The position numbers were made by a program, and so were the translations under genes. Shown in pieces: positions 49,914 through 59,701 of a stretch of DNA of 64,000 nt (position 1 is its first letter; each line of letters begins with the position of its first letter). The notes beneath the pieces were generated by a model that worked only from the letters and a program-made list of their open reading frames with translations, searched no databases and had not been told where the DNA came from. The stretch is from Gaiellaceae bacterium (GTDB lineage: Bacteria; Actinomycetota; Thermoleophilia; Gaiellales; Gaiellaceae), in contig DATDNT010000080.1 in assembly GCA_036518135.1 (NCBI GenBank), positions 9,074 through 73,073 of the forward strand, read 5' to 3'.

Positions 49914-50571
49914 CGGCCGAGCGCATGACCTCGAGCGGTGGCTCGAGCCCCGTCCAGAGGCGGAAGCTCGCCGCGCCCTGCCGCACGAGCGCCTCGCGTC
50001 CGTCGACGACGGTGCAGCCCGCCGCGCGCGCGGCCGCGACGAGTGCGGTCTCCGCGTCGCCGTAGGCGAGGTCGACGACCGTCTGCGCCGGCTCGAGCTC
50101 GACGAGCACCTCGTCGCGAACGGGGGTCGCGTTCACGACGAGGTCGCAGCCCGCCGCGTCGGGCGGCCATGTGCCGCTCCGCGAGAAGACCCGCGTCTCC
50201 GCCGGGAGCGCCGGCGCGAGCGCGGCCGCCGCGCCGCCGGCGCCGATCACGCATGCCCGCTCCGCCCTGATCCCGGCAACGATCTCCTTGTCCGTGTTGA
50301 ACCCGAGGACGCGCCCGTCGCGGAACACGAGCGTGTTGACTGCTTCGCCGTCCGCCTCGTCGCACGCAGCGACGACGGCGCGCTTGTGCGGGATCGTGAC
50401 GTTCGCGCCCTCGAACCCGAGCGCCCGCAGCGCACGCACCGCCTCGACGACGTCGTCGACGTCGAAGGCGACGTACCTCCAGTCGAGCCCGCGCGCGGCG
50501 AACGCGGCGTTCTGCATGCGCGGAGACAGCGAGTGCGCGACGGGATGTCCGAGGAGAGCGACGTACTTCAC
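49903..50571 (-). CDS. aroE: shikimate dehydrogenase (short form, 222 aa)
   Basis: Starts GHPVAHSLSPRMQNAAF and contains GANVTIPHK and NTD. The GTG shares 1 nt with the mltG stop. Confidence 0.85.
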   Translation of the reverse strand: MKYVALLGHPVAHSLSPRMQNAAFAARGLDWRYVAFDVDDVVEAVRALRALGFEGANVTIPHKRAVVAACDEADGEAVNTLVFRDGRVLGFNTDKEIVAGIRAERACVIGAGGAAAALAPALPAETRVFSRSGTWPPDAAGCDLVVNATPVRDEVLVELEPAQTVVDLAYGDAETALVAAARAAGCTVVDGREALVRQGAASFRLWTGLEPPLEVMRSAVTT

Positions 50572-51473
50572 TAACAGCCGTAGCCGTGCTCGCACTCGTA
50601 CCGCTGGAACGCGGACGCGCTCGCCGTGAAGAAGTTGTGCACCTTGTCGGGCTTGCGCACGAAGTAGAGGTAGTTCACGTGCGCGGGATGCGCCGCCGCC
50701 TGGATCGATGCGAGGCCCGGGTTCGCGATCGCGGTCGGCGGCAGGCCGGTGTGGAGCCGCGTGTTGTACGGCGTCGGGTTCGCGAGCTGCGACTGGTGGA
50801 TCGACTCGGTACCCGGGATGTTCAGCCCATAGCGCAGCGTCGCGTCGATGCCGAGCGGCATGCCCTGGTGCAGCCGGTTGTAGATGACGGCCGAGACGAG
50901 CGGGCGCTCGTCGGGCGCAACGGTCTCGCGCTCGATCATCGACGCGATCGTGAGCACGTCGTAGGGCGTCAGGTTCTTCGACTTCGCGTACGCGAGGTTG
51001 ACGCTCTTCCAGTTCGTGCAGAACGCCTGCACCTGCTGTTGGACGAGCTGCCGCGACGTCGTCGTCGCGAGGAAGTCGTACGTCGCCGGGAACAGGAACC
51101 CCTCCACCTTCGTCTGCCGGTGCGGGCGCAGGCACGGCACCGAGAGCGTGCGCGACGCGACCAGGTACTGCTTCGCATCGAGCGCGATGTGCTTGCCGCT
51201 CTTTCGGTGCGCGATCTTGGCGACGGCGCCGACGCGCTCAGCCATCTGCGCGCGCGTGTAGCCCTCGGGAAAGATGATCCGGAACGGCTTCGGGGGCGGC
51301 GGCGCGGTCGTCGTCGGAGGCGGCGCCGCCTTGTGACGGATGTGCGGGACGGCGACCGCGATCGCGGCGCCCGCCGCGACGAGTGCCACGATGACGAGCG
51401 CGAGCGCGACGAGCCGCCTTCGCCGCACCTGCTCGGGCGTCGGGCCGCGGCGCTGCCGCGGCACCGGCATCAT
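50571..51473 (-). CDS. mltG: endolytic murein transglycosylase MltG (YceG-like)
   Basis: N-terminal TM span, then EGFLFPATYDF, ASMIERE, and YNTRLHTGLPPTAIANPG. Confidence 0.88.
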   Translation of the reverse strand: MMPVPRQRRGPTPEQVRRRRLVALALVIVALVAAGAAIAVAVPHIRHKAAPPPTTTAPPPPKPFRIIFPEGYTRAQMAERVGAVAKIAHRKSGKHIALDAKQYLVASRTLSVPCLRPHRQTKVEGFLFPATYDFLATTTSRQLVQQQVQAFCTNWKSVNLAYAKSKNLTPYDVLTIASMIERETVAPDERPLVSAVIYNRLHQGMPLGIDATLRYGLNIPGTESIHQSQLANPTPYNTRLHTGLPPTAIANPGLASIQAAAHPAHVNYLYFVRKPDKVHNFFTASASAFQRYECEHGYGC

Positions 51474-51844
51474 CGGCGGGCGCTCTGCCACTGCAGGAAG
51501 CTCTCCAGGAGATGGGCCGCGGCGCGCGCGTCGTCGCCGCCCGCGAGGACGGACGTGAACCGCTCGTCGTACGTCTCGACGGGCATCGACACGGCGCCGC
51601 GCAATCGTTCGACGAACGCGTCCGTGGCGCGCGCCTGCTCGCCATGCTCGCCCTTCAGCGTCAACGGCATCCCGACGACCACGAGCCCCGGCTCTTCCGC
51701 GCGGATCACGTCCAGAAGCTTCGCAAAGCCGGCGTCGGTCGCCGCCTTCCGAACCGTCGTGACGGGTCGCACGAGCGTCGCGGTCGGGTCGGAGACGGCG
51801 ATGCCCGTCCGTGCGGAGCCGAAGTCGAGTGCGAGAACCTTCAA
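51470..51844 (-). CDS. ruvX: Holliday-junction resolvase-like nuclease RuvX (YqgF)
   Basis: TTG start (TTGA overlap with alaS). It reads LKVLALDFGSARTGIAVSD and contains VVVGMPLTLKGEHGEQ. Confidence 0.88.
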   Translation of the reverse strand: MKVLALDFGSARTGIAVSDPTATLVRPVTTVRKAATDAGFAKLLDVIRAEEPGLVVVGMPLTLKGEHGEQARATDAFVERLRGAVSMPVETYDERFTSVLAGGDDARAAAHLLESFLQWQSARR

Positions 51845-54357
51845 ACGAGAGCGGTGAGCTTGTCCCGCGCGGCCTCGAGCGCCGCGCGCACGGCTTCGAC
51901 GTTCTTCCCGCCCGCCTCGGCGAGGTTCGCGCGACCGCCGCCGCCGCCGCCGATGATCGACCCGAGCTCGCGCACGACCGCGACTGCGTCGACGCCCTCG
52001 ACCGACTTGTCGACGTTGACGACGAGCGAGACCTTCCCCTCGTCCGCCGAGGCGACCGCGACGGCGAGCGCGTTCTCCTGCCGCCGCAGCCGGTCGGAGA
52101 GGTCCCGCAGCACCCCGCCGTTCCTGACCTCGGCGACGAACACCTGCCCCTGCCGGTCCTGCCACACGATGTCGGGGCCCGCGGCATCAGCCTTCGGCTT
52201 CTTCGCCTCGCGGCGCACCTGCTCGAGCTCCGCGCGCACCGCCTCGAGCTCGCGGCTCCGCCCTTCGAGCACGCTCCACCCCTCGCCGGCCGTGACCGCT
52301 TCGATCCGCCGGGTACCGGACGCCACCGCCTGCTCGCGGAGGATTACGAACGGACCGATCTCCGCGGTCGAGCGGACGTGCGTGCCGCCGCACAGCTCCT
52401 TCGAGTACTCGCCGATCTCGACGACGCGCACCTCGTCGCCGTACTTCTCGCCGAACAGCATCATCGCGCCGAGCTTGCGCGCCTCATCGATCGGCGTCAC
52501 ATACGTGCGCACCGGGATCGCCTCGAACACCTTTTCGTTGACGATCCTCTCGACGCGGGCGCGCTCCTCCGGCGACAGCGCCGCGCCGTGCGTGAAGTCG
52601 AATCGCAGCTTGTCGGGGCGCACGGCCGACCCCGCCTGCTTCACGTGGTCGCCGAGCACATCGCGCAGCGCCTGGTGCAGCAGGTGCGTCGCGGTGTGGT
52701 TCGCCATCGTCGGGAAGCGCGTCGACCAGGCGACGGTCGCGCGGACGCGATCGCCGCTCGCGAAGCCCGAGCCCTCGAAGACGAGCGCCTGGTCGTCGCC
52801 GATCTTGTAGGCGGAGCGCAGGACCGCCTCCGCCCCGGTCTCCTCGTGCACGAGCACGCCGGTGTCCGTGATCTGGCCGCCGCTCTCGGCGTAGAAGGGC
52901 GACTCGCGCAACTTGCACAGGAACATGCCGTCGCCGAGACCGTCGACCGCGCCCGCCTGCGTGAGAACGTCGGTCTTCGAGTAGCCGACGAACTCCGACT
53001 GGAAGCCGGCCGCCTGCGCGAACTCGGCGGCGCGCTGCAGCTCGCTCTTGTCGCCGCCCGCGCGCGACACGACGCGATGCTCCTCCATCAGCTGCCGGAA
53101 GCCGTCGACGTCGACCGGCTGTCCACGCTCCTCCGCGAGCTCCTCGGTCAACTCGATCGGGAAGCCGTACGTCGCCGCGAGAGCGAACGCGTCGTCGGCG
53201 GTGATCGCGTCCTTGCCGGCGAGCTCGTCGAACACCTTCTGGCCGCGCGCGAGCGTCTCCGAGAAGCGCTCCTCCTCGAGCCGCCACACGCGCTCGATGT
53301 CTTCCGCGTGCTCGGAGAGGAGCGGGTACGCGTCGCCCATCTGCGCCACGACGACGCGCGAGAGGCGATGCGAGGCCTCGAGGCCGATGCGGCGCGCCTG
53401 GTGGATCGCGCGGCGGAGGAGCCGGCGACAGACGTAGCCACGGCCCTCGTTCGACGGCTCGATCCCCTCCGCGATCAGGAACGACGCGGCGCGGCCGTGG
53501 TCTGCGAGGACGCGATGCGCGCGGCGGGAGACGTCGTCCTGCTCGTAGGGCGTGCCCGACTCCGCCTCGATCCAGTCCATGATCTGGCGGAACCCGTCGG
53601 TGTCGAACACCGACGAGACGTCCTGCAGCACGCACGCGGTGCGCTCGATGCCGTTGCCGGTGTCGACGTTCGCCGCCGGCAGCTTCACGAGCACGTTCCC
53701 CGGCTGGAGGTCGTATTCCATGAACACGAGGTTGTAGATCTCCATGATCCGGTCGCAGTGCCCCGGTCCGCAATCGGGGTCGCCGCAGGCGTACTTCTCG
53801 CCGCGGTCGTAGAAGATCTCCGAGCACTGCCCGCAGGGCCCGATCTCGCCGGACTTCCAGAAGTTGTCGGAGCCGAGGCGCACGATCCGCTCCTGCGGGA
53901 TCCCCTTCGCGAGCCATGCGTCGATCGCGACGGTGTCCTCTTCGAGCCCGAGCATCGGGTCGCCCTCGTGCACGGTCGCCCACAGCCGCTCCGGCTCGAG
54001 CTCGAGCACGTCCGTCACCCAGTCCCAGGCGAAGTCGACGGCGCCTTCCTTGAAGTAGTCGCCGAACGAGAAGTTGCCCATCATCTCGAAGAAGGAGCAG
54101 TGGCGGTCTGTGCGCCCGACCTCCTCGAGGTCGGTGTCCTTGCCGCCCGCGCGCAGGCACGGCTGCACGCTGACGACGCGGTCGCGCGGCGGCTCCTTCG
54201 TACGCAGGAAATACGGCTTGAACTGCTGCATGCCGGCGATGATGAAGAGCGTCGACTGGTCCTCCGCCGGCGGGATCAGCGAGTGCGGCGGCACGCGGAG
54301 ATGCCCACGCTCCTCGTAGAAGCGCTGGAACGCCTCGCGCAGCTCGTTCGTCGTCAT
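51841..54357 (-). CDS. alaS: alanine--tRNA ligase
   Basis: 838 aa starting MTTNELREAFQRFYEERGH, with FEMMGNFSFGDYFK and the editing-domain motif HTATHLLH..CGGTHV. Confidence 0.95.
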   Translation of the reverse strand: MTTNELREAFQRFYEERGHLRVPPHSLIPPAEDQSTLFIIAGMQQFKPYFLRTKEPPRDRVVSVQPCLRAGGKDTDLEEVGRTDRHCSFFEMMGNFSFGDYFKEGAVDFAWDWVTDVLELEPERLWATVHEGDPMLGLEEDTVAIDAWLAKGIPQERIVRLGSDNFWKSGEIGPCGQCSEIFYDRGEKYACGDPDCGPGHCDRIMEIYNLVFMEYDLQPGNVLVKLPAANVDTGNGIERTACVLQDVSSVFDTDGFRQIMDWIEAESGTPYEQDDVSRRAHRVLADHGRAASFLIAEGIEPSNEGRGYVCRRLLRRAIHQARRIGLEASHRLSRVVVAQMGDAYPLLSEHAEDIERVWRLEEERFSETLARGQKVFDELAGKDAITADDAFALAATYGFPIELTEELAEERGQPVDVDGFRQLMEEHRVVSRAGGDKSELQRAAEFAQAAGFQSEFVGYSKTDVLTQAGAVDGLGDGMFLCKLRESPFYAESGGQITDTGVLVHEETGAEAVLRSAYKIGDDQALVFEGSGFASGDRVRATVAWSTRFPTMANHTATHLLHQALRDVLGDHVKQAGSAVRPDKLRFDFTHGAALSPEERARVERIVNEKVFEAIPVRTYVTPIDEARKLGAMMLFGEKYGDEVRVVEIGEYSKELCGGTHVRSTAEIGPFVILREQAVASGTRRIEAVTAGEGWSVLEGRSRELEAVRAELEQVRREAKKPKADAAGPDIVWQDRQGQVFVAEVRNGGVLRDLSDRLRRQENALAVAVASADEGKVSLVVNVDKSVEGVDAVAVVRELGSIIGGGGGGRANLAEAGGKNVEAVRAALEAARDKLTALV

Positions 54358-54429
54358 GGCGCGCGCCACGGCGGACAGTGTACGGACGGCCATCTGGACT
54401 TCTTGCGCCGAAGGTGAGACCGTACGGGC

Positions 54430-55665
54430 GTGGGACGGCTCGCCTTCACGGGAGCGGTGGCGGTCGCTCTCGCGCTCGCGACGGGGGCGGGGTCTCGCAC
54501 GGACGTCTACCCGGGGCAGAACGGGCGGATCGCGATCCAGGACGTCGAGCGCGGCGCGAGCCAGTATGCGCCCTCGAACATCTACCTCTTCTCCCTGGGC
54601 GCCTACGGCTACTTCATCCAGCTGACCCACGGCAAGGCGTTCGACGCGAACCCGACGTGGTCGCCGGACGGAAAGGCGATCGCGTTCGACTCGAATCGCG
54701 GGAACGCGAGCGTCGACGACCACGACCTGTGGCTGATCCGCCCCGATGCGACCGGCCTGCACCGGATCACGTCGGGCCCGGCCTCGGACATGGACCCGAC
54801 CTGGTCGCCGGACGGCAAGAGGATCGCGTTCTTCAGCGACCGCGCCGGCAACGACGACATCTGGGTCGCGAACGCCGACGGCAGCGGCCTGACACAGCTC
54901 ACGACGGACAAGCGGCTCGACTGGGATCCCGCGTGGTCGCCGGACGGGACGCAGATCGCGTTCGGGAGCTACCGCACCGGCGCCGAGCGGCTATGGGTGA
55001 TGAACGCCGACGGCTCGAACCAGCACATGCTGACGAGCGGGCCCGGCCAGGACCGGCACGCAGCCTGGTCGCCCGACGGTACGCGCATCGCGTTCGACTC
55101 GTCGCGTGGCGGCAACTTCGACATCTACGTGATGAAGGCGGACGGCACGAACGTGAAGCAGCTCACGAAGGACGCGCCGATCGACGCGCGGCCCGCATGG
55201 TCGCCGGACGGACGGTGGCTGATGTACCAGCGCGAGCTCGGCTCGAACGGCCGCGAGCTCTACACGATGCGCCCCGACGGCGCGAACCAGAGCCAGTACT
55301 CCGAGGGGGGCTCGAATTGGGCGACGTCCCCCGACTGGCAGCGGGTCGCGCGACCGGACCGCTGCAACGGGATCGGCACGGCGTACGCCGACGAGATCGA
55401 GTTCTTCGGGAACAACGACGTCCTGTGCGGGCTCGGGGGCAACGACTTCATCAAGGCGGGCGCGGGCAACGACGTCGTCGAAGGCGGCCCCGGCAACGAC
55501 ACGATCGACGGCGGGCCTGGCAATGACCGACTGAGCGGCGGGCCAGGCAACGACGTGATCGACGGCGGCCCGGGGCGCGACCGCATCTCGTGCGGCCCCG
55601 GCCGTGACGTCGTGATCGCGCCCGCAGGCGACGTCGTCGCCCGGGACTGCGAGATCCGGCGCTAG
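54430..55665 (+). CDS. secreted TolB-like beta-propeller (PD40 repeats) with C-terminal GGxGxD calcium-binding-type repeats
   Basis: GTG start and a signal peptide. There are five or more repeats of P(T/A)WSPDG..IAF. The C-terminus reads GGNDFIKAGAGNDVVEGGPGNDTIDGGPGNDRLSGGPGNDVIDGGPGRD. Confidence 0.8.
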   Translation: MGRLAFTGAVAVALALATGAGSRTDVYPGQNGRIAIQDVERGASQYAPSNIYLFSLGAYGYFIQLTHGKAFDANPTWSPDGKAIAFDSNRGNASVDDHDLWLIRPDATGLHRITSGPASDMDPTWSPDGKRIAFFSDRAGNDDIWVANADGSGLTQLTTDKRLDWDPAWSPDGTQIAFGSYRTGAERLWVMNADGSNQHMLTSGPGQDRHAAWSPDGTRIAFDSSRGGNFDIYVMKADGTNVKQLTKDAPIDARPAWSPDGRWLMYQRELGSNGRELYTMRPDGANQSQYSEGGSNWATSPDWQRVARPDRCNGIGTAYADEIEFFGNNDVLCGLGGNDFIKAGAGNDVVEGGPGNDTIDGGPGNDRLSGGPGNDVIDGGPGRDRISCGPGRDVVIAPAGDVVARDCEIRR

Positions 55666-55669
55666 TTCG

Positions 55670-56431
55670 CTACGCGGCGCGATCCGGGTCCAGCTCGTCA
55701 GCGGCGATCTCGTCGCGGATCTTCTCGAGCGCGCGGCGGATCAGGCGTGAGACGTGCATCTGCGAGATCCCGACCTGCTGCGCGATCTGGCTCTGCGTGA
55801 GCCCCTCGAAGAAGCGGAGATGCAGGATCGTCCGTTCGCGGTCGTCGAGCACCTTGAACCCCGGTGCGAGCACGGCGCGGTCCTCCGACACCTCGTACTG
55901 GTGCTCGACCTCGCCGAGCGACTCGAGCGGGTCGAGCTCCTCGCCGTCCTCGGTGCCGCCGCCCGACGAGAGCGACAGCGACGAGTACGCGCGCCCGGAC
56001 TCGAGCGCCTCGAGCACCTCTTCCTCCTCGACACCGGCCGCCTTCGCGAGCTCGGGAATCGTCGGCGAGCGGCCGAGCTGAACCGTGAGCTGCTCGACGA
56101 TCTTCGAGAGCTGCACGTTCAGCTCCTGGAGCCCGCGCGGGACGCGGACCGCCCAGCCGCGGTCGCGGAAGTGGCGCTTGATCTCGCCGATGATGTTCGG
56201 CGTCGCGTACGTCGTGAGCTCGACGCCGCGGTCGATGTCGAAGCGGTCGATCGCCTTGATCAGGCCGATCGAACCGATCTGCACGAGATCGTCGAGCTGC
56301 TCGCCCCGGTAGCTGTAGCGGCGGGCGAGCGAGCGCACGAGCGACATGTACTGCTCGATCAGCTGCTCACGCGCTTGCAGGTCGCCCTGCTCGTGGTACC
56401 TGCGAAGCAGGATCTTGTCGTTCTCAGCCAC
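55670..56431 (-). CDS. SigB/SigF-type group 3 RNA polymerase sigma factor
   Basis: Region 2 is DLVQIGSIGLIKAIDRFD. Region 3 is present. Region 4.2 is SQIAQQVGISQMHVSRLIRRAL. Confidence 0.92.
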   Translation of the reverse strand: MAENDKILLRRYHEQGDLQAREQLIEQYMSLVRSLARRYSYRGEQLDDLVQIGSIGLIKAIDRFDIDRGVELTTYATPNIIGEIKRHFRDRGWAVRVPRGLQELNVQLSKIVEQLTVQLGRSPTIPELAKAAGVEEEEVLEALESGRAYSSLSLSSGGGTEDGEELDPLESLGEVEHQYEVSEDRAVLAPGFKVLDDRERTILHLRFFEGLTQSQIAQQVGISQMHVSRLIRRALEKIRDEIAADELDPDRAA

Positions 56432-56789
56432 TCGCGACTCTCTTCGTCAGGCGCACCCACTCTCCGTCCACGTGCACGTCCTCGACGGTCGAGTCGAGCA
56501 CGCGGCGGAGGCCGAGGCCCGGCCCGGACTCGTGCTCGATCTGGTCGAGCACGCGGCTCGTCAGCGGCCCGATCACCGTCTCGAGCTCGCCGTCGCGGAG
56601 GCACATCCGGACGGTGATGTCGCCGGCGGTCGGATCCGTCGCGTCGAGCACGGAGTCGAGCGCGAGCTGCAGGTCCTCGAGGTTCTCGATCGTCAGGTCG
56701 AGCCGCACCGCGAGGCCGCCGAGCACCAGGTGCGCGACACGGTGGAAGTCGGGCTCGCGCGGGAGAGTGAGCGTGATCTCGTCAGCCAT
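56424..56789 (-). CDS. RsbW-like anti-sigma factor with degenerate ATP-binding motifs
   Basis: 121 aa: ITLTLPREPDFHRVAHLVLGGLAVRLDLTIENLEDLQLALDSVLDA...GPGLGLRRVLDS. 8-nt overlaps at both gene junctions. Confidence 0.55.
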   Translation of the reverse strand: MADEITLTLPREPDFHRVAHLVLGGLAVRLDLTIENLEDLQLALDSVLDATDPTAGDITVRMCLRDGELETVIGPLTSRVLDQIEHESGPGLGLRRVLDSTVEDVHVDGEWVRLTKRVASG

Positions 56790-57237
56790 GTGTGGCTTTG
56801 AGCTCCTCGTCGAGATCGGTCTCGCGCCGCGCAGCAGCGGCCTTCCCCTCCGCGACGGCGTCGTTCCAGCTCCGCTTGCTGCGGAACGACGCGAAGCCGT
56901 GCGAGACACCGGCGCTCAGGCCGGCGAGCTTCTGTACCGGCCGCTTCACGGCGAAGCTGACGGAGCGCACCGCCTCGTCGACCGCTGCCACGGCGTCGAC
57001 GGCGCTGTCCGTCGCAGTGTCGAGCTTGTCCAGCTGCGCGTTCACCCGGTCGACCGAACCCCCGACTTTGTCGATAACTGGCAGAACGGATTGCTCCGTC
57101 CCTCGGATCAACGAAGAAAGTCGGTCGAAAGTTACGGCCAACCGTAGAAAAGCCCACCCGAGCCCGAGACCGACGGCCACGAGGAAGACGGCGAGCGCGA
57201 GATCTGCGAGATCTCCGAACGAGAAGGCGACGACCAC
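56782..57237 (-). CDS. DUF948-like membrane-anchored coiled-coil protein
   Basis: GTG start. N-terminal TM is LADLALAVFLVAVGLGLGWAFL, followed by a helical region VDRVNAQLDKLDTATDSAVDAVAAVDEAV. Confidence 0.6.
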   Translation of the reverse strand: MVVAFSFGDLADLALAVFLVAVGLGLGWAFLRLAVTFDRLSSLIRGTEQSVLPVIDKVGGSVDRVNAQLDKLDTATDSAVDAVAAVDEAVRSVSFAVKRPVQKLAGLSAGVSHGFASFRSKRSWNDAVAEGKAAAARRETDLDEELKATHG

Positions 57238-57247
57238 CGCGAGAAGC

Positions 57248-58504
57248 CTAGTCAGCCGCCGCGGACGTGACCAAGCCCGAACCGACGACGACGTCGCCGT
57301 CGTAGAGAACGGCGGCCTGGCCGCGGGCCACGCCGTAGGCCGGCTCGTCGAGGCGGAGCCTGAATCCCGACGGTGTCTTCTCCACGTCGGCGGCGAGCGC
57401 CGGTGAGCGATAGCGGAGCTTCGCCTCGACCCGCGCGGCGTCGGTGTAGAGCCGGCCGCGCGCCGTCACCTGCGTGCGGGCGAGCGCCGCGCGCGGGCCG
57501 ACCGTGACGGTGTTCGTTCGGGCGTCCGTCGCGACCGCATAGAGCGGCTCGCTCGCCGGGATGCGCAGGCCGCGCCGCTGCCCCGGCGTGAAGCGCCAGA
57601 AGCCGTCGTGCGAGCCGAGCTCGTTCCCGTCTCCGTCGACGATCGCGCCGGGCGCGTCGCCGAGCCCATGCCGCGTGAGGAACGCACGGTAGTCGTCGCC
57701 GGCGAGGAAGCAGGCTTCCTGGCTCTCGGCGCGCGACGCGACGGCGAGCCCGGCCGCGGCAGCCTCGGCACGCGTCTGCTCCTTCGTCTGCGCGCCGAGC
57801 GGGAACACGATCCGCGCGAGCTTCGCGGGATCGAGCGTCGCGAGCATGTAGCTCTGATCCTTCGCCGGGTCGGCCGCGCGTGCGAGCAGCAGCGTGCCGC
57901 CGCGGTCGGCGATCCGGGCGTAGTGGCCGGTCGCGAGCCGCGCGGCGCCGACGCGGCGCGCGAACGCGAGCAGTTCCGCGAAGCGGAACCCGCCGTTGCA
58001 GCGTATGCACGGGTTCGGCGTCTCGCCGCGGGCGTACCCGCGGACGAACGGCGCGACGACGGCACGCCGAAACTCCTCGCGCAGGTCGAGCGTGACGTGC
58101 GGCCGGCCGAGCGAATGGCAGAGCTCGCGCGCCGCGATCACGGCGTCGGGCGAGCAGCACGCCCGCTCTGCGTCGGGCCCGTCCGGGTCGAGCCAGAGTC
58201 GCAGCGTCACTCCGACCGCGTCGGGGCCGCTCTTCAGGAGCGCGACGGCGCTGTCGACGCCGCCGCTCATCGCAACGGCGACGCGCGTGCTGGATCGCTC
58301 AGCGCGGACGGCGGGGCCGATCGCGTTCGCGAGCGCGTCGACCGCGAGCGTCTCGCCGCCGACGGCCGCGGCCTCGAGCAGCGTCAGGCCGGGGAGCTCG
58401 TCGGCGAGCCCGGGCGCGTCCGCGTCGACGATGCGCCCGTCGTCGACGCGCAGCCGGACAGCTGCCCAGTCGCCGCCGCGTGACGAGTCGCCGAAGAGCT
58501 CCAT
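57248..58504 (-). CDS. mnmA: tRNA 2-thiouridine(34) synthase MnmA with ~70-aa N-terminal extension
   Basis: PP-loop AMSGGVDSAVA, plus ACCSPD, NPCIRCN, QSYML and QEACFL. The N-terminal extension resembles a Cys-less IscU/NifU-N segment. Confidence 0.9.
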   Translation of the reverse strand: MELFGDSSRGGDWAAVRLRVDDGRIVDADAPGLADELPGLTLLEAAAVGGETLAVDALANAIGPAVRAERSSTRVAVAMSGGVDSAVALLKSGPDAVGVTLRLWLDPDGPDAERACCSPDAVIAARELCHSLGRPHVTLDLREEFRRAVVAPFVRGYARGETPNPCIRCNGGFRFAELLAFARRVGAARLATGHYARIADRGGTLLLARAADPAKDQSYMLATLDPAKLARIVFPLGAQTKEQTRAEAAAAGLAVASRAESQEACFLAGDDYRAFLTRHGLGDAPGAIVDGDGNELGSHDGFWRFTPGQRRGLRIPASEPLYAVATDARTNTVTVGPRAALARTQVTARGRLYTDAARVEAKLRYRSPALAADVEKTPSGFRLRLDEPAYGVARGQAAVLYDGDVVVGSGLVTSAAAD

Positions 58505-58703
58505 CCGCTCAGAGTAGAGGTGCCCCGAGGCCGCCGACTGTGCCGCGTCCGTGTGAACCTGGACAAGCCAGGTGGGTGCCGTGCGGGACGTCGGACGCGA
58601 GGCGCCTATTCCCGACGCGGGCTCCCTTCCACGTGGTGTTGGTTCTACATGGAAAACGCGGCGCGCGAACGACCTCGAGCACCAGACCGCAGAGTAGCCC
58701 GAG

Positions 58704-59107
58704 TCACGCCGCGCGGGCGTACGACCAGTGGATCTCCTGCACGCCCTGGAGCCCGAGGCGCCGCGCGAGCGCGGGCGTCAGGTCGAACTGGCGGCCGGGG
58801 ACGTACGGGCCGCGGTCGACCACCTGCACGAGCACCGTCTTGCCGTGGTAGGTGACGAAGATCCGGGCGCCGCAGGGCAGCGTCGGGTGTGCGACCCCCT
58901 GCGTGTCGGGGGTGATCGTCCCGCCGCAGGCGGTGCGGCGTCCGTACGACTCGGCTCCGCTCGAGCCCGCCTTCGCGACGAACGACCCGACCGCCTGCGG
59001 CGCGTGCGACGTCGAGCCCCGCGTCTGCGCGGTCACGGCGAGCGCGACGGCGGCCGCGAGGAGGGCGAGGCCGGCGAGCGCGACCTCGCGGACGGCGAGC
59101 GGCGTCC

Positions 59108-59111
<4 letters not shown>
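58704..59111 (-). CDS. RlpA-like double-psi beta-barrel protein
   Basis: Signal/anchor segment, then [61 protein letters not shown]. Confidence 0.8.
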
Positions 59112-59698
<587 letters not shown>

Positions 59699-59701
59699 GC
59701 G

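Noticed and set aside
58510-58697. An 8-nt direct repeat, cagagtag, at both ends of the mnmA upstream spacer (58510-58517 and 58690-58697) as possible insertion-site duplications.
   Set aside because: The match is short and could arise by chance. There are no terminal inverted repeats or mobile-element genes between the copies.
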